Position numbers and translations under genes: made by a program. From contig DATJPS010000017.1 of the NCBI GenBank assembly GCA_035506255.1, positions 1 through 38,540 of the forward strand: a DNA stretch of 38,540 nt, written 5' to 3'. Of this stretch, positions 6,509 through 14,072 are shown piece by piece. The notes beneath the pieces were generated by a model. That model was not told where the DNA came from. It saw only the letters and a list, made by a program, of their open reading frames with translations, and did not search any database. The DNA comes from Candidatus Omnitrophota bacterium. GTDB taxonomy: Bacteria > Margulisbacteria > WOR-1 > XYC2-FULL-46-14 > WPAF01. Position 1 is the stretch's first letter. Every line of letters starts with the position of its first letter.

Positions 6509-7219
6509 ATGAAAAAATTCGCGTTGGCTATCATACTGGTCATCCTTGCCGCCGTATCCGCTTTCTCTGCTAATTTAAAGATGATCCTAGATTCGAACGA
6601 TGGCAGCTCCGCGTTCCTGGTACAGGACAACACCTCCAGGGAAGTCGCGAGGATAAACTCGCTGGGAAATGTGGGCATTGGCACTTCGTTGCCGGTATCG
6701 ACGCTGGAAGTGAACGGCGATATTAAGCTGGCATCGATGTCGGCCCCCTCCGCCGCACCGGGCAAGGTCTATTTCGATTCTACCTCCAGCCGATTGAATT
6801 ACCATGACGGGACCAAATGGATAGAGGTCGACCCTGCCTATAGCACAAGAGAAGTAAAAGATTATGTTATCCAGGCTCTATATACTGGGGCCGGGCCTAC
6901 GGCTTACGATATTGCCACGCCCGCAAGAGATATCGTAATTACGGAGATGTCGATGTTGACGAGCGTTGGCGACATATGGATCAACAACAGCACAACCATC
7001 GAAGCGACTCTCTATGTGGGTGGGGTAAGGAAGGCTTATTTGAATTATTATTTCCAGTACAATACTTACATGGATCCGATCAAAGGTCCGCCTCCGCTGG
7101 TCTTTCCTATACCGATCAAGGTCAGTGCGGGGACCGATATCTCGATGACGATCTTAGGGTCGCATACACATAATAGGGCAGATGAGTTCCGTCTCAAATA
7201 TATGGAACTGCCGTTGTGA
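6509..7219 (+). CDS. Secreted fibre paralogue 4 (minimal form): signal peptide, N-module, neck and LPL-type tip with no shaft modules
   Basis: The track ORF starts at 6479, but I prefer the ATG at 6509 (MKKFALAIILVILAAVSAFSA). N-module: NLKMILDSNDGSSAFLVQDNTSREVARINSLGNVGIGTSLPVSTLEVNG. It runs straight into the neck DIKLASMSAPSAAPGKVYFDSTSSRLNYHDGTKWIEVDPAY. The tip ends FPIPIKVSAGTDISMTILG...LKYMELPL. Confidence 0.85.
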   Translation: MKKFALAIILVILAAVSAFSANLKMILDSNDGSSAFLVQDNTSREVARINSLGNVGIGTSLPVSTLEVNGDIKLASMSAPSAAPGKVYFDSTSSRLNYHDGTKWIEVDPAYSTREVKDYVIQALYTGAGPTAYDIATPARDIVITEMSMLTSVGDIWINNSTTIEATLYVGGVRKAYLNYYFQYNTYMDPIKGPPPLVFPIPIKVSAGTDISMTILGSHTHNRADEFRLKYMELPL

Positions 7220-7239
7220 TCCGATAGGGAGGGCATAAC

Positions 7240-8676
7240 ATGAAAAAATATGTTTTGATCGTTGTGCTGATCGGTTTAGCCTCTGCCTCCGCTTTTTCCG
7301 CCAACGTAAAGATGATATTGGATTCTTCGGACGGCAGTTCTGCGCTATCGATCCAGGATAAGACCTCAAAGGAAGTGGCAAGGGTTGATTCTTCTGGCAG
7401 AGTGGGGATTGGGACGACTGCTCCGTTATATGGTCTTGATGTCAGTACGACCCTGACGCGGGGGATCAATTCGGTCTCAAACGCTTACGGCGGCTACGGC
7501 GTTTATGGCACAGCCTCAGATACTTCGGCAGTAGGGCCGAATTACGGAGTCTACGGGTCCGCGGCGGCCAATTTTAACGGATCGGCCGGCGTGTACGGCG
7601 TTGCCACCGGTTCCCCGAGCCAGGTCTACGGTGTTTACGGTTCGGCGGGCGGTCTCAGCGGCCGCGGGGTATTCGGTACGGAATCGGGCGGCGGTTACGG
7701 CGGTTATTTTTTAAACTCCAGCAGCGGCGTAGGGTTGTATGCTGCTTCCACTTCGGGCTATGCCGCGGTCTTCCCCTCGGGCAATGTCGGTGTAGGGACG
7801 GCGAGCCCTAGCAACCTGCTTACCCTGCAGGGATCCGCGACCCCTCAGCTGATGATCACCCAGCCATCGGCAACCGATGCCCTGACCCTGGGTTACAATG
7901 AGGCGTCTTACGCTTATATGGCCACCCTTGGCTCGCATCCGCTGGCACTGTTCACGAACAATCTAGAACGGCTGCGCGTAACCTCGGCCGGCAATGTGGG
8001 TATCGGAACGACCGGACCAGGAGAAAAGCTGGAGATCGTCGGGAACGCAAAGATCACTTCCCTGTCCACTTCGTCTAATGTGACGATGAGCAACGCGATC
8101 ACCGCGGCCGGGAACTACGGACTTTCCGTAATAATAGACGGAGTGGAGCGGGGGAGCGTCGACCGGTTGGGGAACGGTTATCTTTCGAACACGCTCACGC
8201 TCGCATCGGTTGCGGCACCGACCGCCGCCACCGGCAAGATCTATTTCGATTCGACCGTCCATCGGCTTAAATATTACGACAGCACCAAATGGATCGAGAT
8301 GGACCCGGCCTATACCAATAATTCACTTCAATCGACACCGATGTATTCCGTTTCGGGGACCAATACCGCCAACATGAGCATGCTCACTCCAGGTACTGAT
8401 ATAATAATAACCGGGATCGCCGGCAACACTGACTGGTTGACCAACCAGTGCCCGGAATACCTGATCGAACTTTATAACGGGAGCACGAGCTATGTCAGCA
8501 TTTATGTGCCGGATGACCGGGGCGATTACGAATATTCTCTACCGATACCGGTGAGGGTCCCGTCCGGTACCGCGATCTCGGCCAGGATCACCGCCAAAGA
8601 TTACACCGGCGCGAACTATCTCGGGACCTACGCCACGCTGCGCTGCACGATGCGATATATAGCTCTGCCTTTATAA
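7240..8676 (+). CDS. Secreted mosaic fibre paralogue 5: signal peptide, N-module, Gly/Tyr-rich shaft (as in paralogue 1), collar repeats, neck and LPL-type tip
   Basis: GGGAGGG ribosome-binding site, 20-nt gap after paralogue 4. Signal peptide: MKKYVLIVVLIGLASASAFSA. N-module: NVKMILDSSDGSSALSIQDKTSKEVARVDSSGRVGIGTTAP. Shaft: GVYGTASD...GVYGSAAANFNGSAGVYGVATGSPSQVYGVYGS...GYGGYFLNSSSGVGLYAASTSGYAAVF. Neck: GKIYFDSTVHRLKYYDSTKWIEMDPAY. The tip ends LPIPVRVPSGTAISARIT...MRYIALPL. Confidence 0.85.
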   Translation: MKKYVLIVVLIGLASASAFSANVKMILDSSDGSSALSIQDKTSKEVARVDSSGRVGIGTTAPLYGLDVSTTLTRGINSVSNAYGGYGVYGTASDTSAVGPNYGVYGSAAANFNGSAGVYGVATGSPSQVYGVYGSAGGLSGRGVFGTESGGGYGGYFLNSSSGVGLYAASTSGYAAVFPSGNVGVGTASPSNLLTLQGSATPQLMITQPSATDALTLGYNEASYAYMATLGSHPLALFTNNLERLRVTSAGNVGIGTTGPGEKLEIVGNAKITSLSTSSNVTMSNAITAAGNYGLSVIIDGVERGSVDRLGNGYLSNTLTLASVAAPTAATGKIYFDSTVHRLKYYDSTKWIEMDPAYTNNSLQSTPMYSVSGTNTANMSMLTPGTDIIITGIAGNTDWLTNQCPEYLIELYNGSTSYVSIYVPDDRGDYEYSLPIPVRVPSGTAISARITAKDYTGANYLGTYATLRCTMRYIALPL

Positions 8677-8689
8677 TTGAATTAAATAA

Positions 8690-8720
8690 AAAGGGGAAAG
8701 GATAAAATCCTTTCCCCTTT
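8690..8720. terminator. Bidirectional intrinsic terminator between the convergent fibre array and tsf
   Basis: A 13-bp perfect stem, aaaggggaaagga (8690-8702) paired with tcctttccccttt (8708-8720), with loop taaaa. There is a T-rich run on the tsf side and A/T-rich flanks on both sides. Confidence 0.7.
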
Positions 8721-8741
8721 AACCAAATAAGAGGCTGCTAT

Positions 8742-9344
8742 TTAAGACTTTTCGCCCAGCTGATATCTGATGAACCGCCGCACCACGATGTTCTCGCCGA
8801 TCTTGGCGGCCAGCCCGCCCAGCAGATCTTTTATCTTGATCTTCGGGTCGCGGATAAAAGGCTGTTCCATCAGGCAGACCTCTTCGTAGAATTTCTGCAC
8901 TCTACCGTCGATTATCTTTTCCCGTGCCTTTTCGGGTTTGCCTTCCGCTTTTGCCTGCTCGCCGATCAGATCTTTTTCGTGCTGCAGCACCCCTTCGGGC
9001 ACTTCGTCAACAAAAATATAGGCCGGGTTTTGCGCGGCGATCTGCATGGCCACGTCCTTGCCGAACTGAAGAAAATCCTCGTTGCGCGCCACGAAATCGG
9101 TCTCGCAATTCACCTCGAGCAGAACTCCGATCTTGCCTCCGGTGTGTACATAGGATACGACCGAACCCTGGGCGGCGGTGCGCTCGGCGCGTTTGCCTAC
9201 CGCGGCCAAACCTTTTTTACGCAGGGCATCGACCGCCAGGTCCATGTCGCCGCCGGCCTCGGCCAGCGCTTTCTTACAGTCCATCATGCCGCAGCCGGTC
9301 TTTTCGCGCAGTTTTACGATGTTCTCGGTGGTTACTTCCGCCAT
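8742..9344 (-). CDS. tsf: Translation elongation factor Ts (short, 200-aa form)
   Basis: MAEVTTENIVKLREKTGCGMMDCKKALAEAGGDMDLAVDALRKKG (UBA-like N-terminus), then GKIGVLLEVNCETDFVARNEDF. The start overlaps the rpsB stop (TAATG). Confidence 0.95.
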   Translation of the reverse strand: MAEVTTENIVKLREKTGCGMMDCKKALAEAGGDMDLAVDALRKKGLAAVGKRAERTAAQGSVVSYVHTGGKIGVLLEVNCETDFVARNEDFLQFGKDVAMQIAAQNPAYIFVDEVPEGVLQHEKDLIGEQAKAEGKPEKAREKIIDGRVQKFYEEVCLMEQPFIRDPKIKIKDLLGGLAAKIGENIVVRRFIRYQLGEKS

Positions 9345-10186
9345 TAGAACCCGATCCTTTCTTCTTCTTCCTCGACTACCGGCACCTTGGGGGCCAGTGA
9401 GGCCAGGCGTTCCTCTTCGGATATCGCCATCGCTTCTTCCATCGTCTCTTCGCCCACTTCGATCGGGACCGCGATCTCGGGCGCGCGCTCTTCGATCGGT
9501 TTGGTCAGCTCGCGGCCCGCGATCACCGCTTCGGCGATGATGGAGGTCAAGAGCTTGATCGAGCGGATGGCGTCATCGTTGGCCGGGATCGGGAACTCGA
9601 CTTCGTCCGGATCGCAGTTGGTGTCGACCACGGCGATGATCGGGATCCCCATCTTCTTCGCTTCCAGTATGGCGGTGGTCTCCTTCTTGCTGTCGACGAT
9701 GTAAATAGCGGCGGGGAGGGAGAGCATTTCACGGATACCGCCCAGGCCGCGGACCAGTTTGGCGTGTTCGCGCCTCAAGTTAGCCACTTCCTTGGCTGGG
9801 AGCTTCTCGAACATGCCGTTCTTTTCCAGCTTTTCGATCTCGTTAAGCCGTGCGATTGTCTTCTTTAGCGTCTTGAAGTTTGTGAGGGTCCCGCCCAGCC
9901 AGCGGTCGTTTACGTAGAACATGCCGCAGCGCTTGGCCTCTTCCATTACCGCGTCCTGCGCCTGCTTCTTCGTGCCGACGAAAAGGACGGTGCCGTTCTG
10001 CGCCACCGCGTTCTTTACGTAGTCGAAGGCCTTTTCGATCAGCGGGATGGTCTTATGAAGGTCGATCACGTGGATGTTGTTCCGCGACGAGTAGATATAC
10101 TTGCTCATCTTGGGGTTCCATCTTTTGCTCTGGTGGCCGAAGTGGACCCCGGCCTCGAGCAGTTCTTTCATAGTTACTACCGGCAT
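9344..10186 (-). CDS. rpsB: 30S ribosomal protein S2 with an acidic C-terminal extension
   Basis: MPVVTMKELLEAGVHFGHQSKRWNPKMSKYIYSSRNNIHVIDL...VLFVGTKKQAQ...NDRWLGGTLTNF...IIAVVDTNCDPD. The ribosome-binding site AAGGAGG lies upstream. Confidence 0.95.
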   Translation of the reverse strand: MPVVTMKELLEAGVHFGHQSKRWNPKMSKYIYSSRNNIHVIDLHKTIPLIEKAFDYVKNAVAQNGTVLFVGTKKQAQDAVMEEAKRCGMFYVNDRWLGGTLTNFKTLKKTIARLNEIEKLEKNGMFEKLPAKEVANLRREHAKLVRGLGGIREMLSLPAAIYIVDSKKETTAILEAKKMGIPIIAVVDTNCDPDEVEFPIPANDDAIRSIKLLTSIIAEAVIAGRELTKPIEERAPEIAVPIEVGEETMEEAMAISEEERLASLAPKVPVVEEEEERIGF

Positions 10187-10317
10187 TAATAATCCTCCTT
10201 AAATTCGCGATTCTCCCTTAGGTTTTTCATGGTAACCCGCCAAGAAGAGCCATCCTTGGGTGGAAGAAACGGGGCGATCCGCTCCGATTTTTTACTTCAT
10301 TAATTTACCATGTTTTA

Positions 10318-10326
10318 TGCTAAAAT
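10318..10326 (+). promoter_or_regulatory. Candidate extended -10 promoter (TGCTAAAAT), 6 nt upstream of the yggS GTG
   Basis: The sequence reads tgctaaaat gcaagc GTG. There is no SD in the spacer. Confidence 0.35.
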
Positions 10327-10332
10327 GCAAGC

Positions 10333-10980
10333 GTGAAAATCGCGGAAAGGGTGCGGGAGATAAGGGCGCGGGCGGGGGAGGTGCGGTTGCTGGCGGTGAC
10401 CAAAACTGTCGGGATCCCCGCCATCGCCGAGGCGATCGAGGCCGGAGTGACAGATATCGGTGAAAGCCGGATCAGCGAGGCCAAGACCAAATACGATGAA
10501 CTGAAAAGGAGATTCCCCGCCGTCCGCTGGCACATGATCGGCCACCTGCAGACCAATAAGGTCAACGCCGCCCTCCAGATATTCGACGTCATCCAGTCGG
10601 TGGACAGCCTCCATCTGGCGGAGGCGATCGGCAACCGGGCCAAAAATCCGGTCGAGATCATGCTCGAAGTGAACACCTCGGGCGAAGAGAGCAAGCACGG
10701 GGTAAGGCCGGAAGAAGTTTTGGGGCTGGCCCGCGCCGCTTCCAGGCTCTCCAACCTGAAAATCACCGGATTGATGACGATGGGCCCGCTGACGGACGAC
10801 GAACAGAGGATCCGGGCGTCTTTCCGTGAACTGCGGGAAATAAGGGACCGGCTGAACGCGGAAGGGTTCAAAAATATCGTCCACCTGAGCATGGGGATGA
10901 GCGACGATTTTCCTTTGGCAATTGAGGAAGGTTCTGATATAATACGTATCGGTAGAGCAATTTTTGCCGGGGAGGAATAA
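10333..10980 (+). CDS. yggS: YggS-family pyridoxal-phosphate homeostasis protein
   Basis: RLLAVTKTV (PLP-binding lysine context), HMIGHLQTNKV, LEVNTSGEESKHG, GLMTMGP, HLSMGMSDDF..AIEEGSDIIRIG. Confidence 0.9.
   Translation: MKIAERVREIRARAGEVRLLAVTKTVGIPAIAEAIEAGVTDIGESRISEAKTKYDELKRRFPAVRWHMIGHLQTNKVNAALQIFDVIQSVDSLHLAEAIGNRAKNPVEIMLEVNTSGEESKHGVRPEEVLGLARAASRLSNLKITGLMTMGPLTDDEQRIRASFRELREIRDRLNAEGFKNIVHLSMGMSDDFPLAIEEGSDIIRIGRAIFAGEE
10935..10943 (+). promoter_or_regulatory. Candidate internal extended -10 promoter TGATATAAT inside the yggS 3' end, upstream of sepF
   Basis: An exact TGATATAAT lies 40 nt upstream of the sepF ATG at 10983. The GGGGAGGA ribosome-binding site lies between them. 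Confidence 0.35.
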
Positions 10981-10982
10981 CT

Positions 10983-11432
10983 ATGGACAGCCTTTTTAGA
11001 CGCGCCAAGGCATTCATCGGACTCGAGGAAGGGGAGGACGCGGAAACTCCGGAGGGTAAGCAGATGGAGATCTCGTCGGTCCTGCGCGAGCGTAAAAAGG
11101 AAAGGCCGGTCGGCAGCGAAGGCGATTCGGAAATCGTCGTTTACGAGCCCAAGATCTACGAAGACTCCCTCAACATCTCCGCCAGCCTCCGCGGCGGCAG
11201 CCCGGTGATCGTCAACCTTAAGCATCTGGAGCCGTCCGAGGGGACGCGCCTGATCGATTTCGTCTGCGGCACCGCGTACGCCATTGACGGCCACATGGTC
11301 AAGATCGGCGACACCATCTTCCTGTTCACCCCCAATAGCATAAGTATCGTCGATGCCGAAGACAAAGCCCAATTGGGAGAGGAGATAACCTCGGTTGAGG
11401 AGAGAAAAGAGACCTTCTTCTCGCGCCGTTAA
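10983..11432 (+). CDS. sepF: Cell division protein SepF
   Basis: The C-terminal core is VVYEPKIYEDSLNISASLRGGSPVIVNLKHLEPSEGTRLIDFVCGTAYAIDGHMVKIGDTIFLFTP. It lies in the conserved yggS-sepF-proC-yggT neighbourhood. Confidence 0.9.
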   Translation: MDSLFRRAKAFIGLEEGEDAETPEGKQMEISSVLRERKKERPVGSEGDSEIVVYEPKIYEDSLNISASLRGGSPVIVNLKHLEPSEGTRLIDFVCGTAYAIDGHMVKIGDTIFLFTPNSISIVDAEDKAQLGEEITSVEERKETFFSRR

Positions 11433-12228
11433 GATCGCATTCCTGGGCGGGGGACGGATGGCGGAAGCGCTCATTTCCGGGCTGATCGGCTCCAAAAAAG
11501 CCAGACCTTCCGATATCACCGCTTCCGACGTGCAGGAGATCAGACGCAGCCAGCTGAAGGACATTTATAAAATAAATACCACCGGCGACAACCAGGCGGC
11601 CGCCGATACCGCTTCGATCATCGTGCTGGCGGTAAAACCGCAGGTAATGGGCCAGGCGGTCAAGGGATTGAATGTCAAAAGCGACAAGCTGATCGTTTCC
11701 ATCGCCGCCGGGATACCGATCCCGTTCCTCGAAAGCGTTTTTCCCGGCAACCCCGTGGTCCGGGTGATGCCGAACAACCCGGCGATGGTGAAGGCCGGGA
11801 TATCCGCTCTGGCTTACGGTTCGCGGGTGAAGGAAGAAGACAAAGAAAAGGCGAAGAAGATATTCCGTTCAGTGGGCGAAGTGGTGGAAGTGGACGAGGC
11901 GCTGATGGACGCGGTGACCGGGCTTTCCGGCTCCGGCCCCGCTTTTATTTATCTGATGGTGGAAGCGATGGCGGAGGCGGGGGAAAATCTCGGCATTGCC
12001 CGCGAGACCGCGCATAAGCTGGCGGTCGAAACTTTGCTGGGGGCGGCGCAAACCCTCAAACGGACCAAAAAGCATCCCCGGGAACTGATCGATATGGTGA
12101 GCTCTCCGGGCGGCACCACGCTCCGCGGGTTGGAAGTTATGGAACGAAAGGACTTTAAATCGGCGGTGATCGATGCTATAGTGGCGTCAAGGAACCGCGC
12201 AAAAGAGTTGAGCTCCGAGTGGACCTGA
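11395..12228 (+). CDS. proC: Pyrroline-5-carboxylate reductase
   Basis: KIAFLGGGRMAEALISGL (Rossmann fold), VKPQV, MPNNPAMV, VTGLSGSGPAFIYLMVEAM, SPGGTTLRGL. The only in-frame start before the GxGxxG motif is TTG 11395, which overlaps sepF by 38 nt, so the start is uncertain. Confidence 0.85.
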   Translation: MRREKRPSSRAVKIAFLGGGRMAEALISGLIGSKKARPSDITASDVQEIRRSQLKDIYKINTTGDNQAAADTASIIVLAVKPQVMGQAVKGLNVKSDKLIVSIAAGIPIPFLESVFPGNPVVRVMPNNPAMVKAGISALAYGSRVKEEDKEKAKKIFRSVGEVVEVDEALMDAVTGLSGSGPAFIYLMVEAMAEAGENLGIARETAHKLAVETLLGAAQTLKRTKKHPRELIDMVSSPGGTTLRGLEVMERKDFKSAVIDAIVASRNRAKELSSEWT

Positions 12229-12482
12229 TCTGCTTTCTGATAAATATTTGTTTTGCAGCCTATTATTTGCTTATCGTGTTGAGGGCGTTATTGCCCTTTA
12301 TACCGCATAACCGGCAGGCGATATTCATCAAGCAGGTGTACGACCTGACCGAGCCGGTGCTGTTGCCGGTGCGGCAGGGATTGCCGCCGAGCGTTTTCGG
12401 CTACGACGTATCGCCGTTCCTGATCATCCTGTTCCTGGCGATCGTGCAGAGATTGATCCTTTATATTTTGGGAGGACTTTAA
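12219..12482 (+). CDS. yggT: YggT-family membrane protein
   Basis: An 87-aa, two-TM protein with LLIVLRALLPFIP...LTEPVLLPVR. It has the typical position next to sepF and proC. GTG start. Confidence 0.8.
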   Translation: MDLICFLINICFAAYYLLIVLRALLPFIPHNRQAIFIKQVYDLTEPVLLPVRQGLPPSVFGYDVSPFLIILFLAIVQRLILYILGGL

Positions 12483-13405
12483 TGCCGGTTTTGATCGTAG
12501 GGACGGTGGCGCTCGATTCGGTCGAGACCCCGTTCGGCAAAAAAGAAGGGATTCTGGGAGGTTCGGCCGTGCACGCTTCGGTGGCGGCGAGCTTTTTTTC
12601 ACCGACCAGTCTGGTGGGGCCGGTGGGAGCCGATTTCCCGGCAGAGCACGAACTGTTCCTTAAGAGTAAAGGGATCGATCTGTCTGGGATCGCGCGGCTT
12701 CCGGGGAAGACCTTCCGCTGGAGCGGATATTACGAATTCGACATGAACCAGGCGCACACTCGCGATACCCAGCTCAACGTGCTGACCGAGTTTTCGCCAA
12801 AGCTTGGCCCGGAACTTGCGCGGACGCCGTACGTGTTCCTGGCCAACCTCGATCCGGAGATACAGCTTAAGGTGCTCGACCAGCTCGAGTCGCCCAAACT
12901 GGTGGCGGCCGACACCATGGACTTCTGGATCAGAGGAAAGCGCGAAGCGCTTCACGAGGTGATCAAGCGCGTCGATTACATCTTGATGAACGAGGGCGAA
13001 GTGCGCATGTTCATGGAAACGCCCAACATCCCGCTCGCCGCCCGGCGGCTGCTGGAGCTGGGGGCGAAAGCGGTGATCATAAAGCAGGGGGAGCACGGGG
13101 CGCTGCTGTTTACCGGTGATTCCCATTTTTCCGCTCCGTCGTATCCGCAGGACGCGTTCCGCGACCCGACCGGCGCGGGAGACTCGTTCGCCGGCGGGTT
13201 CATCGGTTATCTGGCCAAGACCGACGATATTGGAGAGGCCAATGTCCGGCGCTCCATCATCATGGGATCGGTGATGGCTTCGTTCAATATAGAGGATTTC
13301 AGCCTGGACCGGATGAAAAGGCTCAATCAACACGAGATCGCTGAGCGTTTCGGAGAGTTTCGCAAGTTTTCGGAGTTCGAAGCTCTGACTTCGGCTTACG
13401 TATAA
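12482..13405 (+). CDS. PfkB-family carbohydrate/nucleoside kinase
   Basis: GGSAVHASVAAS and the C-terminal signature DPTGAGDSFAGGFIGYL. The start overlaps the yggT stop (TAATG). Confidence 0.8.
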   Translation: MPVLIVGTVALDSVETPFGKKEGILGGSAVHASVAASFFSPTSLVGPVGADFPAEHELFLKSKGIDLSGIARLPGKTFRWSGYYEFDMNQAHTRDTQLNVLTEFSPKLGPELARTPYVFLANLDPEIQLKVLDQLESPKLVAADTMDFWIRGKREALHEVIKRVDYILMNEGEVRMFMETPNIPLAARRLLELGAKAVIIKQGEHGALLFTGDSHFSAPSYPQDAFRDPTGAGDSFAGGFIGYLAKTDDIGEANVRRSIIMGSVMASFNIEDFSLDRMKRLNQHEIAERFGEFRKFSEFEALTSAYV

Positions 13406-13421
13406 ATAGGAGGAAATTAAA

Positions 13422-14072
13422 ATGATCGAGAAGTTCCAGTTGGTAGGGGATCTGCTGCATGACGAGGGACTGGTCCGCGCCGATTCAGGGAGCCTGAGCG
13501 TGCGCGAGGGGGACAAGATCGTGATCACGCGCAAAGGCGCGATACTGTGGATGTTGAAGGACGAAGACCTGATGACGGTGGGGATGGATCCTTCGGAGGC
13601 GGACGCCGGCGCATCGATCGAACTGGCCACCCATCGAGCGGTCTATAAAGGGAGCGGCGTTCAGGCGATTGTGGCGGCGATCCCTCCGTACGCAGTGGCG
13701 CTGTCGATGAACGAGGAAAAGATCATGCCGCAGGACGCGGAGGGCAAATATTTCGTCAAATCGATCCCGGTGGTGAAGGTGCGTGAAGCGATCAATTCCT
13801 CGGAAGTGGCGCGCATGCTCCCGCCGATCTTCGGGGGAGGGTACCACGGCGCGGTGATCCGCGGCTACGGCAGCTTTTGCGGAGGGACCGACCTGATGGA
13901 AGCTTACAAGATCACCTCACTTCTCGAAAATTCGTGCAAGATGATCATGATCGCCAAGAAACCGGCGCCCGCTCCGCAGCCGCAAATGCAAAAACCGCGC
14001 GACAACCGCCGGGGACCGGCGATCCCGCCCGGCATCGGAGTGATGGACCGCCAGCGTTATAACCGTAGATGA
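13422..14072 (+). CDS. Class II aldolase/adducin-fold protein lacking the canonical zinc-binding histidines, with a Pro/Arg-rich tail
   Basis: SGSLSVREGDKIVITRKG and SIELATHRAVY fit the fold. Where FucA/AraD-type enzymes have H-x-H, this protein reads AIVAAIPPYAVALS, and the third His position reads VIRGYGSF. AGGAGG ribosome-binding site. Confidence 0.6.
   Translation: MIEKFQLVGDLLHDEGLVRADSGSLSVREGDKIVITRKGAILWMLKDEDLMTVGMDPSEADAGASIELATHRAVYKGSGVQAIVAAIPPYAVALSMNEEKIMPQDAEGKYFVKSIPVVKVREAINSSEVARMLPPIFGGGYHGAVIRGYGSFCGGTDLMEAYKITSLLENSCKMIMIAKKPAPAPQPQMQKPRDNRRGPAIPPGIGVMDRQRYNRR

Noticed and set aside
6094-6765. A 223-aa minus-strand ORF spans the paralogue-3 end, the orphan cassette and the paralogue-4 start.
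   Set aside because: It is antisense to two well-supported plus-strand genes and their promoter. It has no ribosome-binding site and no recognisable motifs. It is a shadow ORF.
773-8676. The fibre array could be the tail-fibre module of a prophage or a phage-tail-like (tailocin/eCIS) particle.
   Set aside because: No capsid, portal, terminase, sheath, tube, baseplate, tape-measure, lysis, integrase or repressor gene is visible anywhere in the 38.5 kb. The array is flanked directly by polA and tsf-rpsB. All five proteins have Sec-type signal peptides, which phage and tailocin fibres lack.
5900-8676. The hypervariable C-terminal tips could be targets of a diversity-generating retroelement, with 6337..6456 as a template repeat.
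   Set aside because: No reverse transcriptase or accessory gene is in the window. The orphan segment is not a near-identical, adenine-specific variant copy of any tip 3' end. It is a divergent paralogous sequence, as expected for a recombination relic rather than a TR/VR pair.
10320-11564. A 414-aa minus-strand ORF covers yggS, sepF and the proC start.
   Set aside because: It is antisense to three genes with clear family motifs. It is a low-complexity, Ser/Ala/Leu-rich translation with no ribosome-binding site.
12599-13630. A 343-aa minus-strand ORF lies opposite the PfkB kinase and aldolase-like genes. The same applies to 14645..15559 (opposite relA), 21577..22599 and 21591..22328 (opposite trpD), 23557..24399 (opposite lptF/G), 24375..25184 (opposite the DUF3084-like gene), 32070..33005 and 33681..34367 (opposite pnp).
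   Set aside because: All of them are antisense shadows of strongly supported genes in GC-rich DNA. Their translations are Arg/Pro/Gly/His-rich and carry no recognisable domains.
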